Origin: Leptospira sp.
Lineage (GTDB): Bacteria; Spirochaetota; Leptospiria; Leptospirales; Leptospiraceae
Assembly: GCA_034439575.1 (NCBI GenBank)
Contig: JAWXAQ010000008.1
Span: forward strand, 224,001-288,000
Direction: 5' to 3'
DNA length: 64,000 bases
Shown: piece after piece, positions 42,227 to 54,056 of the stretch
Layout: every line of letters begins with the position of its first letter
How positions within the stretch are numbered: the first letter of the stretch is position 1
The notes under the pieces: model-generated
Database searches by the model: none
What the model was told of the DNA's origin: nothing
What the model saw: only the letters and a program-made list of their open reading frames with translations
Made by a program: the position numbers and the translations under genes

Positions 42227-43786
42227 CTAAGTTAGGGTGATTTTTGCCCGTTCCGCTAAAATTTGCATCCTTTTGATCAATTTGTCTCGGCCGAGTAAGG
42301 TGAATAAAATGGGCAATTCCAAACCATGTGATTTTCCTGTCGTAATCGAACGAATGGGCATAAACAGAGTTTTGCCTTTTTCAGCCGTTTTTTCCCCTGT
42401 TTGCGTCATTAAATTTTTATACTCATCAGGAGATTTAGCATCCGAGGATAAAATTTGTTGGAAAAATTCTTTAGCAACTGTTACACCATTGCCTGTGAGT
42501 AACAAATCTTCCGCCTCTTTATTTTCAAATGAGAGATCGTCTATAAAAAACTCTTCTATGTAAGGTGGTGCTTGGATCAATCGGTCTAAATAAACACGTA
42601 CTGAATCTAAAATAGAAAGTAAAGTCGGATGAGTCCCCGTTTTGTATTCTTCTGGGATTTTCGCATCTTTCAAAAAAGGCACCATTTCTTTGCCCAATCT
42701 TTCTATAGGTATCTCTCTGATGAGTTTGTTTGATATCCAATTGAGTTTTGATTTTGGATTTAAATATTCGGATAGACCAAGAGCATCTAACTTATTGAAG
42801 TCGACAGTTTCCTTTTCTTCCTCTTTGAGCTTTTTGAAAACATCAAAAGTGGCCGGAGATTTAGAACAACGAGCGATATCAAAAATTTTGCATAACTCTT
42901 CATCCGGCATAAATTCTTTTCCGTCTGGAGAGGTCCATCCAAGTAAAGCCATATAATTTCTAAAAGTTTCAGAAAGATAACCTAAGTCACGAAATGCGAG
43001 AACTGATGTGGCACCGGCTCTTTTCGAAAGTTTTTTTCCATCTGAACCAACAATTTCACTCGCATGAGCAAATTTTGGAATGGGAAAACCAAAAGCTTCA
43101 AAAATTAGAATTTGGCGTGGAGTATTTGATAAATGGCCTACGCCTCGTATTACGTGCGTTATTTCCATTAAGGCATCATCTATCACCACGGCATAGTTAT
43201 ATGATGGGAATCCATCAGACTTTACTAAAATAAAATCGCCAATTAGTTTTGATTCGAATTTTACTTTTCCTTGTATGATATCATCAACGATTACAATTTT
43301 ATTTGGGATTCTAAAGCGAACTGTAAAAGGCGTATTCGTAGATAAGTTTTCATTGATTTCAGTTTCATTTAAATTGGAACATTTACCATCGTAGAGATAG
43401 GGAATGCCCATAGACTCGGCTTGCTTTTTTTTCCCTTCCAATTCGTCAGTTGTACAAAAGCATCTATAAGCCTTGTTATCTTTGATCAGTTTATCTGTAT
43501 GTTCCTTATAAATATGCAATCTTTCTGACTGCGTATAAGGACCATGAGGACCACCGACTCCAGGCCCTTCATCCCATTCCATGCCCAACCATTTCAAAGA
43601 CTCTAAAATGATACGAAAGGAAGCATCAGTGGATCTATCCCTGTCTGTATCTTCCACGCGAAGTAGAAACTTTCCGCCTGTCGCTTTCGCATAAAGATAG
43701 TTAAAGAGTGCAGTCCTAGCACCGCCAACATGTAAAAAACCGGAAGGAGAAGGTGCAAATCGAGTTCGAACTTGAGTTTGTGTCAT
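42227..43786 (-). CDS. gltX: Glutamate--tRNA ligase
   Basis: [25 protein letters not shown]. Confidence 0.97.
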   Translation of the reverse strand: MTQTQVRTRFAPSPSGFLHVGGARTALFNYLYAKATGGKFLLRVEDTDRDRSTDASFRIILESLKWLGMEWDEGPGVGGPHGPYTQSERLHIYKEHTDKLIKDNKAYRCFCTTDELEGKKKQAESMGIPYLYDGKCSNLNETEINENLSTNTPFTVRFRIPNKIVIVDDIIQGKVKFESKLIGDFILVKSDGFPSYNYAVVIDDALMEITHVIRGVGHLSNTPRQILIFEAFGFPIPKFAHASEIVGSDGKKLSKRAGATSVLAFRDLGYLSETFRNYMALLGWTSPDGKEFMPDEELCKIFDIARCSKSPATFDVFKKLKEEEKETVDFNKLDALGLSEYLNPKSKLNWISNKLIREIPIERLGKEMVPFLKDAKIPEEYKTGTHPTLLSILDSVRVYLDRLIQAPPYIEEFFIDDLSFENKEAEDLLLTGNGVTVAKEFFQQILSSDAKSPDEYKNLMTQTGEKTAEKGKTLFMPIRSITTGKSHGLELPILFTLLGRDKLIKRMQILAERAKITLT

Positions 43787-44655
43787 GGTGTAACCTCATG
43801 TAGTAAATAGTTTCCAAAACGTTTGAAGCCTATCGGCTCTTTGGGTTTTGAATCCATATCATTTGTAAGCGGTGGTAAAAAAAATAATTCTAAAACTTCA
43901 TCGGAAAAAATGGTCTTATAGAATAATTGCTTTGGTTCAATTTGAATCACCTGCAATTGTAATTGCAAATAATCATAGTGAGGTGAAATAAATTTGATAG
44001 GTTTGTCTTTTGATTTAGTGAATACAAATGCTGACCTAGAAGGTGTAGACTCAGAAGTAGAAATTTCATTTTTCCATTCATACTTTAATGAGTCTTGTAC
44101 TGTGATAGATTCCGATACTTGGTATGCTATCTCATCGTTAATGAAAAAATTCGCCGATTCTTGTATTTTTGTGGTTAAACCATTTTCCTTTTTGAGAAGC
44201 ATCGCTAATTCATTTAGGGAATCAGCCTTTGTTTCACCTAAGGTTAACGAGGTGTAGTTGGCAATGAAATCTTTTTTGTTATCAGCCAATACATAAGTAC
44301 CTTGTTTTTTTCGCCAAAGAATTTTATATAATTTAGTGTCCGCATTTGGATATTCAGTTTTTACAGAATTCACAAATTCCTTTTCAAAAACGAGAAATGT
44401 TAGCTCCCAATCTATGACCTTTCTGTCTTCAGATAACAAATTTCTCTCAATAAATCGGTAATAAGAAGAGCCTTCAGCGTAGAATTTTGAATTCAATTTT
44501 TTAGGGTATTTGTTGTATAGAATTGCGGTCTTTCCAGAGACATTTTCCCCTTTGCGAAGTAGGGATTTGGTATAGGAACATCCCAAAAGTAAAAAAAATG
44601 TAAGTGTGAAGATTAGCCAATAGATTCGGGGGGAAAATGGCACTTTTGGGGACAT
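43783..44655 (-). CDS. Hypothetical lipoprotein
   Basis: Lipobox LLGC; overlaps the gltX start. Confidence 0.65.
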   Translation of the reverse strand: MSPKVPFSPRIYWLIFTLTFFLLLGCSYTKSLLRKGENVSGKTAILYNKYPKKLNSKFYAEGSSYYRFIERNLLSEDRKVIDWELTFLVFEKEFVNSVKTEYPNADTKLYKILWRKKQGTYVLADNKKDFIANYTSLTLGETKADSLNELAMLLKKENGLTTKIQESANFFINDEIAYQVSESITVQDSLKYEWKNEISTSESTPSRSAFVFTKSKDKPIKFISPHYDYLQLQLQVIQIEPKQLFYKTIFSDEVLELFFLPPLTNDMDSKPKEPIGFKRFGNYLLHEVTP

Positions 44656-44735
44656 AGATAAGACCGTACTGTCAATCTAAAAAGGGAAAACGGATTGACA
44701 AGTCAATTCACCCGTTCTCTGTGTCAATTGGCATC

Positions 44736-46106
44736 ATGAAGAACGAAGATCAATATCCACGACGTCCCTTTGAAGATCAGGTCCACGACGACCAAAGAAA
44801 ATACTCACGCTATGTATGCGATTCGCGCGCTATACCTCATGAAATTGATGGACTAAAGCCTGTTCAACGACGAATTTTATGGGCAATGTGGAACTCTGAT
44901 GCCAGAAATCGACACACAAAAACTGTGAAAGTCGCAGGTCTTGCCATGGGGTATCATCCACACGGTGACAAATCCATTCAAGATGCACTTTCACAAATGG
45001 CACAAGACTTTGCTTTTGCCAATAACTACCCACTAGTACATGGGGAAGGTACTTTCGGGGATGTTCTTGATCCAAATGCGATTGCATCACCTCGTTATAC
45101 TGAAGTTAAATTATCTGATTTTGCTAAAGATTTGGGGTTTTTTGAGAGTTTGCCTGACATTGATTATGTGAAAAACTACGATGAGACTGAAGATGAACCT
45201 ATACATTTCGTAGGTAAAGTTCCTGTTGTTCTTCTTAATAGCATTCAAGGTATTGCCACAGGTTTTAGATGTTTTATTCCAGGACATAAATTATCTGAAG
45301 TTATTGATTCACAAGTAGCATATTTAAAAACCACCAAACCTAAAAAAGTGACTCCGTGGTACAAGGGTTATGGTGGCGAAGTAAAAATGTCAAAAAATGA
45401 CAATGGCTCTACTGTCATGTCTACGACATTTGCTTTTAGAAAAGAAGATGGTAAATTATTTCTATCCGATGCTCCTATGAATTGGAACCGAGAGAAAGTG
45501 ATTCTCTATTTGGATGATTTGATAGAGCGAAAGGACAATTGGTTAAAGGATTATGTAGATCATTCTAGCCAAACATTCAAAATTGAACTAATTGCACGGA
45601 AAGGTGATATACCTTCCGAAAAAGAGATTAAAGAATTATTTTCTAAAGAAAATAACGAAGTTCTAACAATCAATGTCATCACTCATGAAGGAAAATTAAA
45701 AAATCACACACCAGAAGAAATCATCAAACACTTCTGTGATTTTAGAAAGATCCACTTGATTCGTAGGTTCAAACGCCTCGCAGGTTTAGAAAAAGAAAAA
45801 ATCGATAGAAATTCAGAGCTCATTCGGTTTATCAAAGAACGTTGGAATGAAAAAGTAACAGGTATTAAATCAAAGAAAGAGTTTGAAGATAAACTAAAAG
45901 CAGCAAAATTTATCTACTTTGAATGGTTATCTTCGATTCCTGTGTATCGCATGACTTTGGAAGAAGTTCGTAAATGCGAAGAGGCTATCGTCGAAGCAAA
46001 AACAAAATACACAGAATACACAGCTCTTCAAAAAGATGATAAAAAATTAACAGGTTTTATGATCGATGAACTCGATGAACTTAAAACCAAATGGGATCCT
46101 AAATAA
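44736..46106 (+). CDS. Type IIA topoisomerase subunit A (ParC/GyrA family, no C-terminal domain)
   Basis: [26 protein letters not shown] catalytic Tyr, GIATG; about 456 aa; likely ATG 44736. Confidence 0.93.
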   Translation: MKNEDQYPRRPFEDQVHDDQRKYSRYVCDSRAIPHEIDGLKPVQRRILWAMWNSDARNRHTKTVKVAGLAMGYHPHGDKSIQDALSQMAQDFAFANNYPLVHGEGTFGDVLDPNAIASPRYTEVKLSDFAKDLGFFESLPDIDYVKNYDETEDEPIHFVGKVPVVLLNSIQGIATGFRCFIPGHKLSEVIDSQVAYLKTTKPKKVTPWYKGYGGEVKMSKNDNGSTVMSTTFAFRKEDGKLFLSDAPMNWNREKVILYLDDLIERKDNWLKDYVDHSSQTFKIELIARKGDIPSEKEIKELFSKENNEVLTINVITHEGKLKNHTPEEIIKHFCDFRKIHLIRRFKRLAGLEKEKIDRNSELIRFIKERWNEKVTGIKSKKEFEDKLKAAKFIYFEWLSSIPVYRMTLEEVRKCEEAIVEAKTKYTEYTALQKDDKKLTGFMIDELDELKTKWDPK

Positions 46107-46108
46107 TT

Positions 46109-48241
46109 ATGGCAGCAGCGAAACCAGAAAAAGCAAATTCAGCTAATTCGCGTAATTTTAAAAAACTCTCAAATGTGGAACATGTTCGCATGCGGACAGG
46201 GATGTGGCTTGGTCAAAATTCCCTTTCGACATTTGAGCAACATTTTTTTAAAAAAGATAGTTCTGGATACTATGATATTTCTCACGAAGAGTTAGCAGAT
46301 ATTCCCGCAAAAATCAAATGCCTTGATGAAGCATGTATGAACTGCGTAGATGAATACCGCAAAAATCTAAACGATAAAAATATTCCTGAAAAAGATAAGA
46401 TGAATAAACTTATCATCCAACTTTCATCGGATCGCAAACGAGTTACGATTGAAGATAATGGTCGAGGGATTCCGGCTGACAATGCAGAGGGAGTGTATCT
46501 GCATTTGATGTATGGTGAAAATTTTGATGATAAAGTCAAAGAAGACCATGTTGCAGGACAAAACGGAGTTGGTATTTCTCTGGTTCGCATGGTATCTTCA
46601 TTTTTCAAAGTCAGAACAATTAACGGCGGCAAGGCGTACAAAAAAACTTTTACCATTCATGATGAAGTGAAAAAAGTAATCCGAGGTTTTAAATTATCAA
46701 AAGATGATACCGAACGTGTCTTTTTATACTTTGATGAACATGGCCATTTTACCGATTGCCCATCTCTTACTCCTGAACAAATCAAACAACTAAAAGCCCC
46801 TTCCGAAAAAACAGGAATGACCGCTGTTGTAGAAAATGCCAAAAAAGAAGACCATGGAACGACGGTAGAATTTGAATTAAATCCAGCCTACTTTAATAAT
46901 TTGGACACTTCATTTAATATCAATTTGGTGAAGCAATACTTACAAGACATAGCTATGTCAAATCCCGGTTTAGAAGTTGTATTCATTCATAAATCTGGAA
47001 AAGAAAAGTATAAATTTAAAAAAGGTTTTGATGAGATTTTTAGTAATTCTGAGATGATTTACTATAAATTAGATTATACGGATAAAACTTCGGCTTCACA
47101 GATTAATATGGATACATATGTGGTTGTGGGTCAAAACAAAACATTAACTTGGGTTAACTCTATTTTTTGTCCGCAAGGCGGATCTGCCATTGAATATTTG
47201 GAAAACAGATTGTGCGACGAGATTAGAAAAAAATCTCAAATAGTATCTTTAGAAAAAAAGCTCAATACGCAATGTACAAGAAACGATGTCAGAAGTTGTT
47301 TTCATATGTATGTGAACCTTCGCATTCTAAATCCTCGTTTTAAATCCCAAGACAAGTCTTATCTCATTAACGATCTGAACGAAGACATCCGTAAGGCTGT
47401 AGACAAACATCTCGACAAATTATTGAAAAAAACGGGGCTGATCGAAGAAATCAAAATGGTGATGGAGCGTAGAACTCAGCTAAAACAGCTCGAGGACGCG
47501 CAGAAAGGCCTCCGTAAGGCATCTCGGAACAACATTCCTAAGCTTATGCCTCCGACAGGAAAACCAAACGATGATGGACGGATTTTATTTGTGGCGGAAG
47601 GGGACTCGGCGATTGCAGGACTAAGACCAGCACGAAACCCAAAACTGCACGGTTTATTTCCTCTTCGGGGCAAGCCCTTGAATTGTAAGGGAATGTCACT
47701 TGCGAAAGCTATGCAGAACGAAGAAATGAAAAACATCGTAGCGATCGTAGGTTTACCACTTGATACGAAGGTAAAATCTGTAGATGAACTCAATTATGAT
47801 AAATTAAGTATTATCACGGATGCCGATTTTGACGGTTATGCGATCAGATCACTGATGTTATCTTTTTTCTATGAGTATTGGCCAGAACTTTATGATTTAG
47901 GTTTTATCGCTGTATCCGCGGCTCCACTTTTTGAAGTAGATGTTAAGTGGAAAGATGGCAAAAAAGAAACCGTATTTTGTATCGATGATTCCGACTATGA
48001 TAAGTTAGTTGCAAAGGTCGCCAAATCAGGCTCTGAGATTACACGTAAAAAACGGAATAAAGGTCTCGGCGAAACCGGCAAAGAAGCTATGAAGTACGCA
48101 GTAGATCATTGTATGACAGTTATTACCATCGCCAATAAAAAAAGTGCCAAAAATATCCAAGAACTTTGGTTTCACAAAGATTATGCGGAGAAGAGAAGAG
48201 AAGCTATCTCTGAGTATGCGATGAGTGTGATCCAAGATTAA
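46109..48241 (+). CDS. Type IIA topoisomerase subunit B (ParE/GyrB family)
   Basis: [43 protein letters not shown]. Confidence 0.93.
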   Translation: MAAAKPEKANSANSRNFKKLSNVEHVRMRTGMWLGQNSLSTFEQHFFKKDSSGYYDISHEELADIPAKIKCLDEACMNCVDEYRKNLNDKNIPEKDKMNKLIIQLSSDRKRVTIEDNGRGIPADNAEGVYLHLMYGENFDDKVKEDHVAGQNGVGISLVRMVSSFFKVRTINGGKAYKKTFTIHDEVKKVIRGFKLSKDDTERVFLYFDEHGHFTDCPSLTPEQIKQLKAPSEKTGMTAVVENAKKEDHGTTVEFELNPAYFNNLDTSFNINLVKQYLQDIAMSNPGLEVVFIHKSGKEKYKFKKGFDEIFSNSEMIYYKLDYTDKTSASQINMDTYVVVGQNKTLTWVNSIFCPQGGSAIEYLENRLCDEIRKKSQIVSLEKKLNTQCTRNDVRSCFHMYVNLRILNPRFKSQDKSYLINDLNEDIRKAVDKHLDKLLKKTGLIEEIKMVMERRTQLKQLEDAQKGLRKASRNNIPKLMPPTGKPNDDGRILFVAEGDSAIAGLRPARNPKLHGLFPLRGKPLNCKGMSLAKAMQNEEMKNIVAIVGLPLDTKVKSVDELNYDKLSIITDADFDGYAIRSLMLSFFYEYWPELYDLGFIAVSAAPLFEVDVKWKDGKKETVFCIDDSDYDKLVAKVAKSGSEITRKKRNKGLGETGKEAMKYAVDHCMTVITIANKKSAKNIQELWFHKDYAEKRREAISEYAMSVIQD

Positions 48242-48353
48242 TCAGATTCATTTCGAATGTTAGACTGGATTTTTTTAAACTACAGCACCTTTCCATCAAA
48301 TCTTTAAATGATTAATTCAATGATGGGAAGAAATCCTAAGTTTTCACCAGAAA

Positions 48354-48389
48354 AAAAAGGGATCCTTGGTTTAACTAGAATCCCTTTTT
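48354..48389. terminator. Bidirectional intrinsic terminator
   Basis: AAAAAGGGATCCTTGGTT-T-AACTAGAATCCCTTTTT imperfect hairpin between convergent genes. Confidence 0.65.
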
Positions 48390-48425
48390 AAATAATTGAG
48401 TTAGCTTATGGAAAGTTAATTCGAA

Positions 48426-48734
48426 TTATTCCCCGTAAACAATCGTACAAGTACGGTGAAAGAACCAAAAATAAGATTCAATCTCGTAGTCTACCACGGA
48501 TATTTTTTTAATTCCACCTTTCTCAGCGACATGCCCTACACCAGCATCACCGATCTCATAGAGATAAAAAAATCCAGTACGACAGCCTTTTTCTTTCTTA
48601 GTTCCTATATCGTTTGAAGTTACCCAACTGTTCCCATTTGCCTTAACAATAATAGCTGGCGTAACCATAGTCGTACAATTAAAAACTGAAAAAGTCAAAG
48701 CCGCTAAGATAACAAGCTTTAAAATATTTTTCAT
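48426..48734 (-). CDS. TRL-like family lipoprotein
   Basis: Lipobox VFNC; GC...GDAG...GGIKKISVVD...CTIVYGE. Confidence 0.8.
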   Translation of the reverse strand: MKNILKLVILAALTFSVFNCTTMVTPAIIVKANGNSWVTSNDIGTKKEKGCRTGFFYLYEIGDAGVGHVAEKGGIKKISVVDYEIESYFWFFHRTCTIVYGE

Positions 48735-48738
48735 ATTT

Positions 48739-49107
48739 TTAATCTCCTGAAGCTATGATGCAATCTTTTGAAAATAATGGAATGTACGCAGTAAAAGGAG
48801 TTTGTAAAATCCTCATCCTTTCATAAGAAACATGCTTTACTTTTGTCATAGCTCCAGACCTCATTGCCGTTGGTAAAGAGGCATCGCCCCAAGCAAAAAG
48901 ATATAGTGCTTGAGATTGGCAAGCCTCTCCTTTTTTGCCACCTAAGTCTGGAGTAATATCCTCGGACCTAACTGTACTCGTATAAATTGCCCCTGCATTA
49001 TCGTACCCATGAATCCCTTTTGTTGGTTCCAAAGAATTCAATAAGGTACCGCAATTAACAAACTGACTTAGTGTAAAACAAATCATCAAAATTTTTACTA
49101 TTTTCAT
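48739..49107 (-). CDS. TRL-like family lipoprotein
   Basis: Lipobox FVNC; GEAC...FAWGDAS...CIIASGD; likely start MKIVK at about 49107. Confidence 0.75.
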   Translation of the reverse strand: MKIVKILMICFTLSQFVNCGTLLNSLEPTKGIHGYDNAGAIYTSTVRSEDITPDLGGKKGEACQSQALYLFAWGDASLPTAMRSGAMTKVKHVSYERMRILQTPFTAYIPLFSKDCIIASGD

Positions 49108-49416
49108 TTTAACCCCTGTGTGACGAACGATTAGGTGTTTGTTTAAAAAGTAAAACATTTTTTCATATTATAATATATTGTATAATTCTGTAAGGCGGTG
49201 ACCGACATTCGTTTTTGGAGAAGGTAAATCTATCGAACCATTTCTGCCCACCATAGGATCTGTAATGCGAATGCCCAGGTAGTAGTGGTAAACTTGGTAA
49301 TGATTTATAGAATTCTATATATATATATAAATTTCAAAGATAATTCCAAATTCAGGATTAACCATGAGACTAATTGGAGATGGTAATCTTTGCAAGTTAT
49401 ATACACTTACAGCTAT

Positions 49417-49539
49417 TTTACGGTGGAAGCCGAGTTCTCTCCCGAGTTCATTTTCATTCAATTCTTTGGCAGATTTAGGAGCCAGAAATTGTAATAATCT
49501 GCTAAAATCTTCGTAAGATTGTAAATCCTCGCCAAAATA
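49417..49539 (-). pseudogene. Remnant of an AAA_14-DUF4143 ATPase gene
   Basis: Start-less frame reads YFGEDLQSYEDFSRLLQFLAPKSAKELNENELGRELGFHRK, resembling the DUF4143-proximal helices of the intact gene at 55809. Confidence 0.45.
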
Positions 49540-49628
49540 TTTGGATGATGGAGAATATATTTATTTTTGGCTCAGAATATTCTCTTCCAAATTTTGACTC
49601 TTAAATATAAAGTCAAATATCAGATTTT

Positions 49629-50951
49629 CTATGGAAAATTTTTCTTATTTCTGTAATGTGCGATATAGGTAACACCTATCAATGCACCTACGGGAACTGC
49701 AAAATAAATATGCACTTGGATTAGACCCGCGATCATACCGAGTATCCCACCTAAAAACTGTATAACGACAAGATTCCCGCCAGTATTGTCTAAAATCATT
49801 TTTTCAAGTTCGTCAGTGTCAAGTTCCATAACTCGCTCTTCTACAAGGGCTGTAACATTGATTTTGTGGACAAATTTTTCAATGTTCTTTTTCAGATAAA
49901 CTTTTCCTTCTTCACTATTCATAAATTCAAGCACTCTTCTAATAACCCAATCCATCGCTCGTAAGAAATTTTTATCAATTTCTTCCCAGTTGTTTGGATC
50001 ATCTAGATACTGCTGTAATCTTTCTATCCCTGTCGGTAAAAGGTTTTGTCTCGCGTAATCACCGCTAGCTGATAACCAATCTGAAATTTTTGCAGTAATA
50101 AAATCTTGTGTTTCTTTTGAATTCAGACGTTCTTGCAATCTTCCCATTGCTTCATCCATCAATCCCATAAATTGGCCAGAAGTTTCTGGATCTTGAATGA
50201 ATCTTTCTAATAATTCGCGAATTGCTTCATCGTTAAAGGAAAAAATCTTTTTCACACCAATTCCAATTTTGCCTAATGTGTTGCGGCTTCTAAGATATTC
50301 TTCCAAACCTTCGTTTAACATGTTCGCCAACTTCGGCATTTCTTCTAAAAGAAGAACGCGCAATTGATTTCCAATTTCTTCGCGGTTTGTTTGTTCGGTG
50401 AGGTATTCCATAACTTTAGTGCGAGTATAGATCCAAAGTTTTTGGACTTCTTCAGGTCTTTGTGCCATCTTTTTTATGGTTTCTTCTGAAAAGTCAAAGA
50501 TAACTTCTAATATTTCCGGACCACGTTCTTTTAGTAAGGTGACGATCTTTGTGACTAAAATTTCTCGTATATCATCATTATGTAAGGCTTCATCAATCTC
50601 TTTGGCAATTTTTTGAAGGCCTGATTCTACGAGATTTCGTTCATAAATATATGCGAGAATAATGTCTGGATGTAAAAGGTTTGTCTGAATACTTTCACCT
50701 AAAGACTTTGCAATTTTTGGTTTGTTTTTGGGAACAAGTCCAGACCAACCGAGTACTTTGCCGTGTTTTGGCTGAAATAACATTTTGATCGCAAGAAAAT
50801 TTGTAAAATATCCGACCACTCCTGCCATAAGAATCACAAAACAGGCATTAACCCAAATGTTCCCTTCCCAATAAATTTGGGCGATACCAGCAATTACAGA
50901 AAATATAACAAGAAGTTTGCGGTACCAGGAATCTAATTTAGCTACATCCAT
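49629..50951 (-). CDS. DUF445-family membrane-anchored protein
   Basis: VGYFTNFLAIKMLFQP...GLVPK; LVVIQFLGGILG; likely start MDVAK at 50951. Confidence 0.85.
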   Translation of the reverse strand: MDVAKLDSWYRKLLVIFSVIAGIAQIYWEGNIWVNACFVILMAGVVGYFTNFLAIKMLFQPKHGKVLGWSGLVPKNKPKIAKSLGESIQTNLLHPDIILAYIYERNLVESGLQKIAKEIDEALHNDDIREILVTKIVTLLKERGPEILEVIFDFSEETIKKMAQRPEEVQKLWIYTRTKVMEYLTEQTNREEIGNQLRVLLLEEMPKLANMLNEGLEEYLRSRNTLGKIGIGVKKIFSFNDEAIRELLERFIQDPETSGQFMGLMDEAMGRLQERLNSKETQDFITAKISDWLSASGDYARQNLLPTGIERLQQYLDDPNNWEEIDKNFLRAMDWVIRRVLEFMNSEEGKVYLKKNIEKFVHKINVTALVEERVMELDTDELEKMILDNTGGNLVVIQFLGGILGMIAGLIQVHIYFAVPVGALIGVTYIAHYRNKKNFP

Positions 50952-50952
50952 T

Positions 50953-51726
50953 TTATTTTCCGTCTGTATCCATAAACTTGCCTGCACCTTTTCGAATCCA
51001 AGACCTTGGCAATAATCCAGCAAGGCCCACAACACCTTGATTAACTGCCCCCGTAATGCAAACGGCTTGGTTATAACGTAAGCCACGTAGTGATTCAGAA
51101 ACAACTTCGGCGGCGGTTTGCCACATAAATCCTGGGTATTTTGATTTTTCTATCCCTGCACGTTGGTGAAAGTCGGAATGGGTAAGACCTGGGCATAATG
51201 CCTGTACGTTGATTCCATACGGCAATGCCTCTTCGTGAATGGCTTCCGTAAATGATTTTACATAAGCTTTAGTCGCCGCATAAGTCGCGCTACCTGGTGC
51301 GGGTAAAAACCCAGCAATCGATGCTACATTTATGATAAATCCTCTTTTTCTTTTTTTGAATTCACGAAGTGCTGTGTGGGAAAGTGTGACAAGTGCTTTT
51401 ACATTCAAATTTATCTGATCTAATTCTTTTTCCAGATCAAGATTTGCGAATTCACCCACTGTACCAAATCCAGCATTGTTTACGAGGAGTTCAAAATCTT
51501 TATCTTTTGAAATTATCTCGGATAATTCTTCTTGAGATTTCTTTTTAGATAAATCAAAGGATATTGCTTTTAATATGCCTCTTGAAGTTGGTTCAAATTC
51601 TGCAATCACCTTATTCAAATCAGATAACGAACGTGAGACGAGAAACACGTTGTAGTCTTTGCATAATGCACGTACAAATTCTTTTCCAATACCTTGTGAA
51701 GCTCCAGTGACGTAAGCATTTTTCAT
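50953..51726 (-). CDS. Short-chain dehydrogenase/reductase
   Basis: TGASQGIG, NNAGFG, YAATK. Confidence 0.95.
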   Translation of the reverse strand: MKNAYVTGASQGIGKEFVRALCKDYNVFLVSRSLSDLNKVIAEFEPTSRGILKAISFDLSKKKSQEELSEIISKDKDFELLVNNAGFGTVGEFANLDLEKELDQINLNVKALVTLSHTALREFKKRKRGFIINVASIAGFLPAPGSATYAATKAYVKSFTEAIHEEALPYGINVQALCPGLTHSDFHQRAGIEKSKYPGFMWQTAAEVVSESLRGLRYNQAVCITGAVNQGVVGLAGLLPRSWIRKGAGKFMDTDGK

Positions 51727-52151
51727 GTTTGTGGTTTCCTTATCATTATGATCGCTGTTGATTTGTCGGGATAATAATTCTTGCGGGTTTCCAAAACGGT
51801 AAAACCCATTTTTTTATACAATTGAATTGCACTTTCATTAGATTCTTTTACTTCCAAAAAAAAATCTTTTTTAGGAAATGTTTCAAATAAATTTGTGAAT
51901 AAGAATTGGCCAACACCTTGCCTTTGATAGGTGGGAGCAGTGGCAATTCGAAAAATTTCAACTTCCCATGGTGTTTCACAAATCAAGGCATAACCTTTCA
52001 AATCATTGTCTCTCCAAAAATATGCCGCATGAAATTCAAGATGCGTTCGTAGCATTTTTTCTGTCCAAGTTTCAGAAGGAAAACAGATTGATTCTAGCTG
52101 AATCAGTTCAGGTAAATCCGTTTCTGAAATTAACTGAAAATTAGGAGACAT
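51723..52151 (-). CDS. RimI-like GNAT acetyltransferase
   Basis: QRQGVG, LEVKESNESAIQLYKKMGF, RKNYY. Confidence 0.85.
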   Translation of the reverse strand: MSPNFQLISETDLPELIQLESICFPSETWTEKMLRTHLEFHAAYFWRDNDLKGYALICETPWEVEIFRIATAPTYQRQGVGQFLFTNLFETFPKKDFFLEVKESNESAIQLYKKMGFTVLETRKNYYPDKSTAIIMIRKPQT

Positions 52152-52202
52152 AATCTCATTTTTTTCTAGCCAGGCAAAAGAAAGAAACTAAATTCGAACA
52201 TT

Positions 52203-53078
52203 ATGAAAAGAAAAGTAGGGCTTTTTTTGGCCTTGGTTTTTATTTCCCTTTCTTGTGAACAAATTACCAACTTAACCAAATCTCGTTATCAAAAAAATAA
52301 TCTAAACAAACCACCGAAAGAATCAGAATTAACGCATTGGGCTGAAAAACTGGCCTTAGAAGAAGCAGAAATTGAAGAAATGGATCAGAAAATCCGTAAA
52401 ATGGTCCAAAAGTCAAACCAAGCGGGAGCACTTGCCTGGAAAATCGCGCGAGGCTATATGCGTTCTGGTTCGTTTGAAATTAGCTCTCGTTATTACCAAG
52501 AGGCGATAGGCGAGGAGATGAAAAAACAAGAATACGAGCTTCATAATTTCGAATCGGCTCTACCTTATTTTGAAAAAGCTATGGCGAATGGGAAACTCGA
52601 TAAACAATTGTTATATGAGTCGGCTCTCGCTTTTGCGAATGCATCGAAAGATATGGGATGGGAACCGGAACGACGAAAAAAGGCGATTTCACTTTTCAAA
52701 CAACTTGCGCGACTTGATAATAAAGATACTCGTTTTCCCTTTCAATTGGCTTTGATATATTTTGATTCTTCCTTGAAAGGCGAAGCTTGGGGTGGCAAGG
52801 TAAATGCGGGTTATGATGAATTGAACGATGCATTTATTCTCTTGGATCAGATTTTAAAAATAGAACCTTATAATGTGCCAGCAAGATTTGCTCGGGCAAA
52901 TTTTTTATATCAGATTGGTAAGGGCAATTCCTCCATCAATGAATACATTCGTATCAAAGGGATATTGGAAGAGATGAAGGCAAATGGGGCGATCAAAGAA
53001 TCATTAGAAGAAAATTCATCCTACCAAAATGCAATTAAAAATTTAAATAAGTTACGGAACCAAACTACAGAACCTTAA
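52203..53078 (+). CDS. TPR-containing lipoprotein
   Basis: Lipobox ISLSC; TPR-like helices. Confidence 0.7.
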   Translation: MKRKVGLFLALVFISLSCEQITNLTKSRYQKNNLNKPPKESELTHWAEKLALEEAEIEEMDQKIRKMVQKSNQAGALAWKIARGYMRSGSFEISSRYYQEAIGEEMKKQEYELHNFESALPYFEKAMANGKLDKQLLYESALAFANASKDMGWEPERRKKAISLFKQLARLDNKDTRFPFQLALIYFDSSLKGEAWGGKVNAGYDELNDAFILLDQILKIEPYNVPARFARANFLYQIGKGNSSINEYIRIKGILEEMKANGAIKESLEENSSYQNAIKNLNKLRNQTTEP

Positions 53079-53087
53079 ACCTTTCTT

Positions 53088-54056
53088 TTGGTGTATCCAA
53101 GAGAATATTTTTCTCATCCGAGGATTGCTTCTTTTTGCCATAGAACAAATATTTGGCGAAATGTGAGCTCTATAAATGAATTAAGTAAACTTTTGATTCA
53201 ACTCATTGACAGGAAAGAAAAGAAACGATTTGAATCTGAATGTTTGATTTTGAATAAAAATCCACTTCCAGAAATGGTGGATATTTATTCAGAAGACTAT
53301 CCCGAACAATTACGTGAAATTTACGATCCACCGCTAGTTCTTAGTTATTTGGGAAATATCAAATTATTAAAAAAAAAATTGCTCGGTGTCGTAGGGACAA
53401 GAAAAGCATCGAAAATATCCCTTCTTGGAACACGTTTATTAATTCAAAAAATTAAGGATTTTGATCCTGATATCGGCATTGTTTCAGGAATGGCGCTGGG
53501 AATTGATAGAGAAGCTTTTACGGAAGCTATGAAATTGGATCTGTCTGTGGTTGGCCTACTTGGGACAAGTGTGACAGAGGAATACCCTCCTGGGAATCGT
53601 GATCTGTACCTGCGGATGAAGGCATCAAATAATGCTTTGTTTCTATCGGAATATATTCTTCCGACGACGCCTGCTCGTTGGACCTTTCCGAAACGCAATC
53701 GTTTGATATCTGGTCTTTCATCTGACATATACATTATGGAATCTGGAAAAAAATCTGGAACTCTCTCTACTGCAATGAGCGCCCTTTCTCAAAATCGAGA
53801 TATCCATGTATTCAATCATCCGTTGCAATTGGATAATGAAGGTGGAAAAAGTTTGCTCCGTGATGGTGCGGAAGAACTTAAGTTTGAATTTATTTCACAT
53901 AACAAAGGTTTTTTGGAAAAACCAGAATTCTATTCATCTCGAAAAATTTATAATGATGTAGAGTGGAAAGAGGCGCGGTTTAAAGAAATCCTTTATCAAA
54001 GATCGGGAAATAAAACGCCCCTAGGACAGGGCGTTTATTGGGTGGCTACTCCTTAA
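53088..54056 (+). CDS. dprA: DNA-processing protein DprA
   Basis: YPEQLREIYDPP, VVGTR, VSGMALGID, FPKRNRLISGL, SGTLSTA. Confidence 0.9.
   Translation: MVYPREYFSHPRIASFCHRTNIWRNVSSINELSKLLIQLIDRKEKKRFESECLILNKNPLPEMVDIYSEDYPEQLREIYDPPLVLSYLGNIKLLKKKLLGVVGTRKASKISLLGTRLLIQKIKDFDPDIGIVSGMALGIDREAFTEAMKLDLSVVGLLGTSVTEEYPPGNRDLYLRMKASNNALFLSEYILPTTPARWTFPKRNRLISGLSSDIYIMESGKKSGTLSTAMSALSQNRDIHVFNHPLQLDNEGGKSLLRDGAEELKFEFISHNKGFLEKPEFYSSRKIYNDVEWKEARFKEILYQRSGNKTPLGQGVYWVATP

Noticed and set aside
44670-44730. Clustered TTGACA/TGTCAA motifs upstream of the topoisomerase genes as an operator
   Set aside because: They could be divergent -35 boxes, but no matching -10 elements were found at proper spacing
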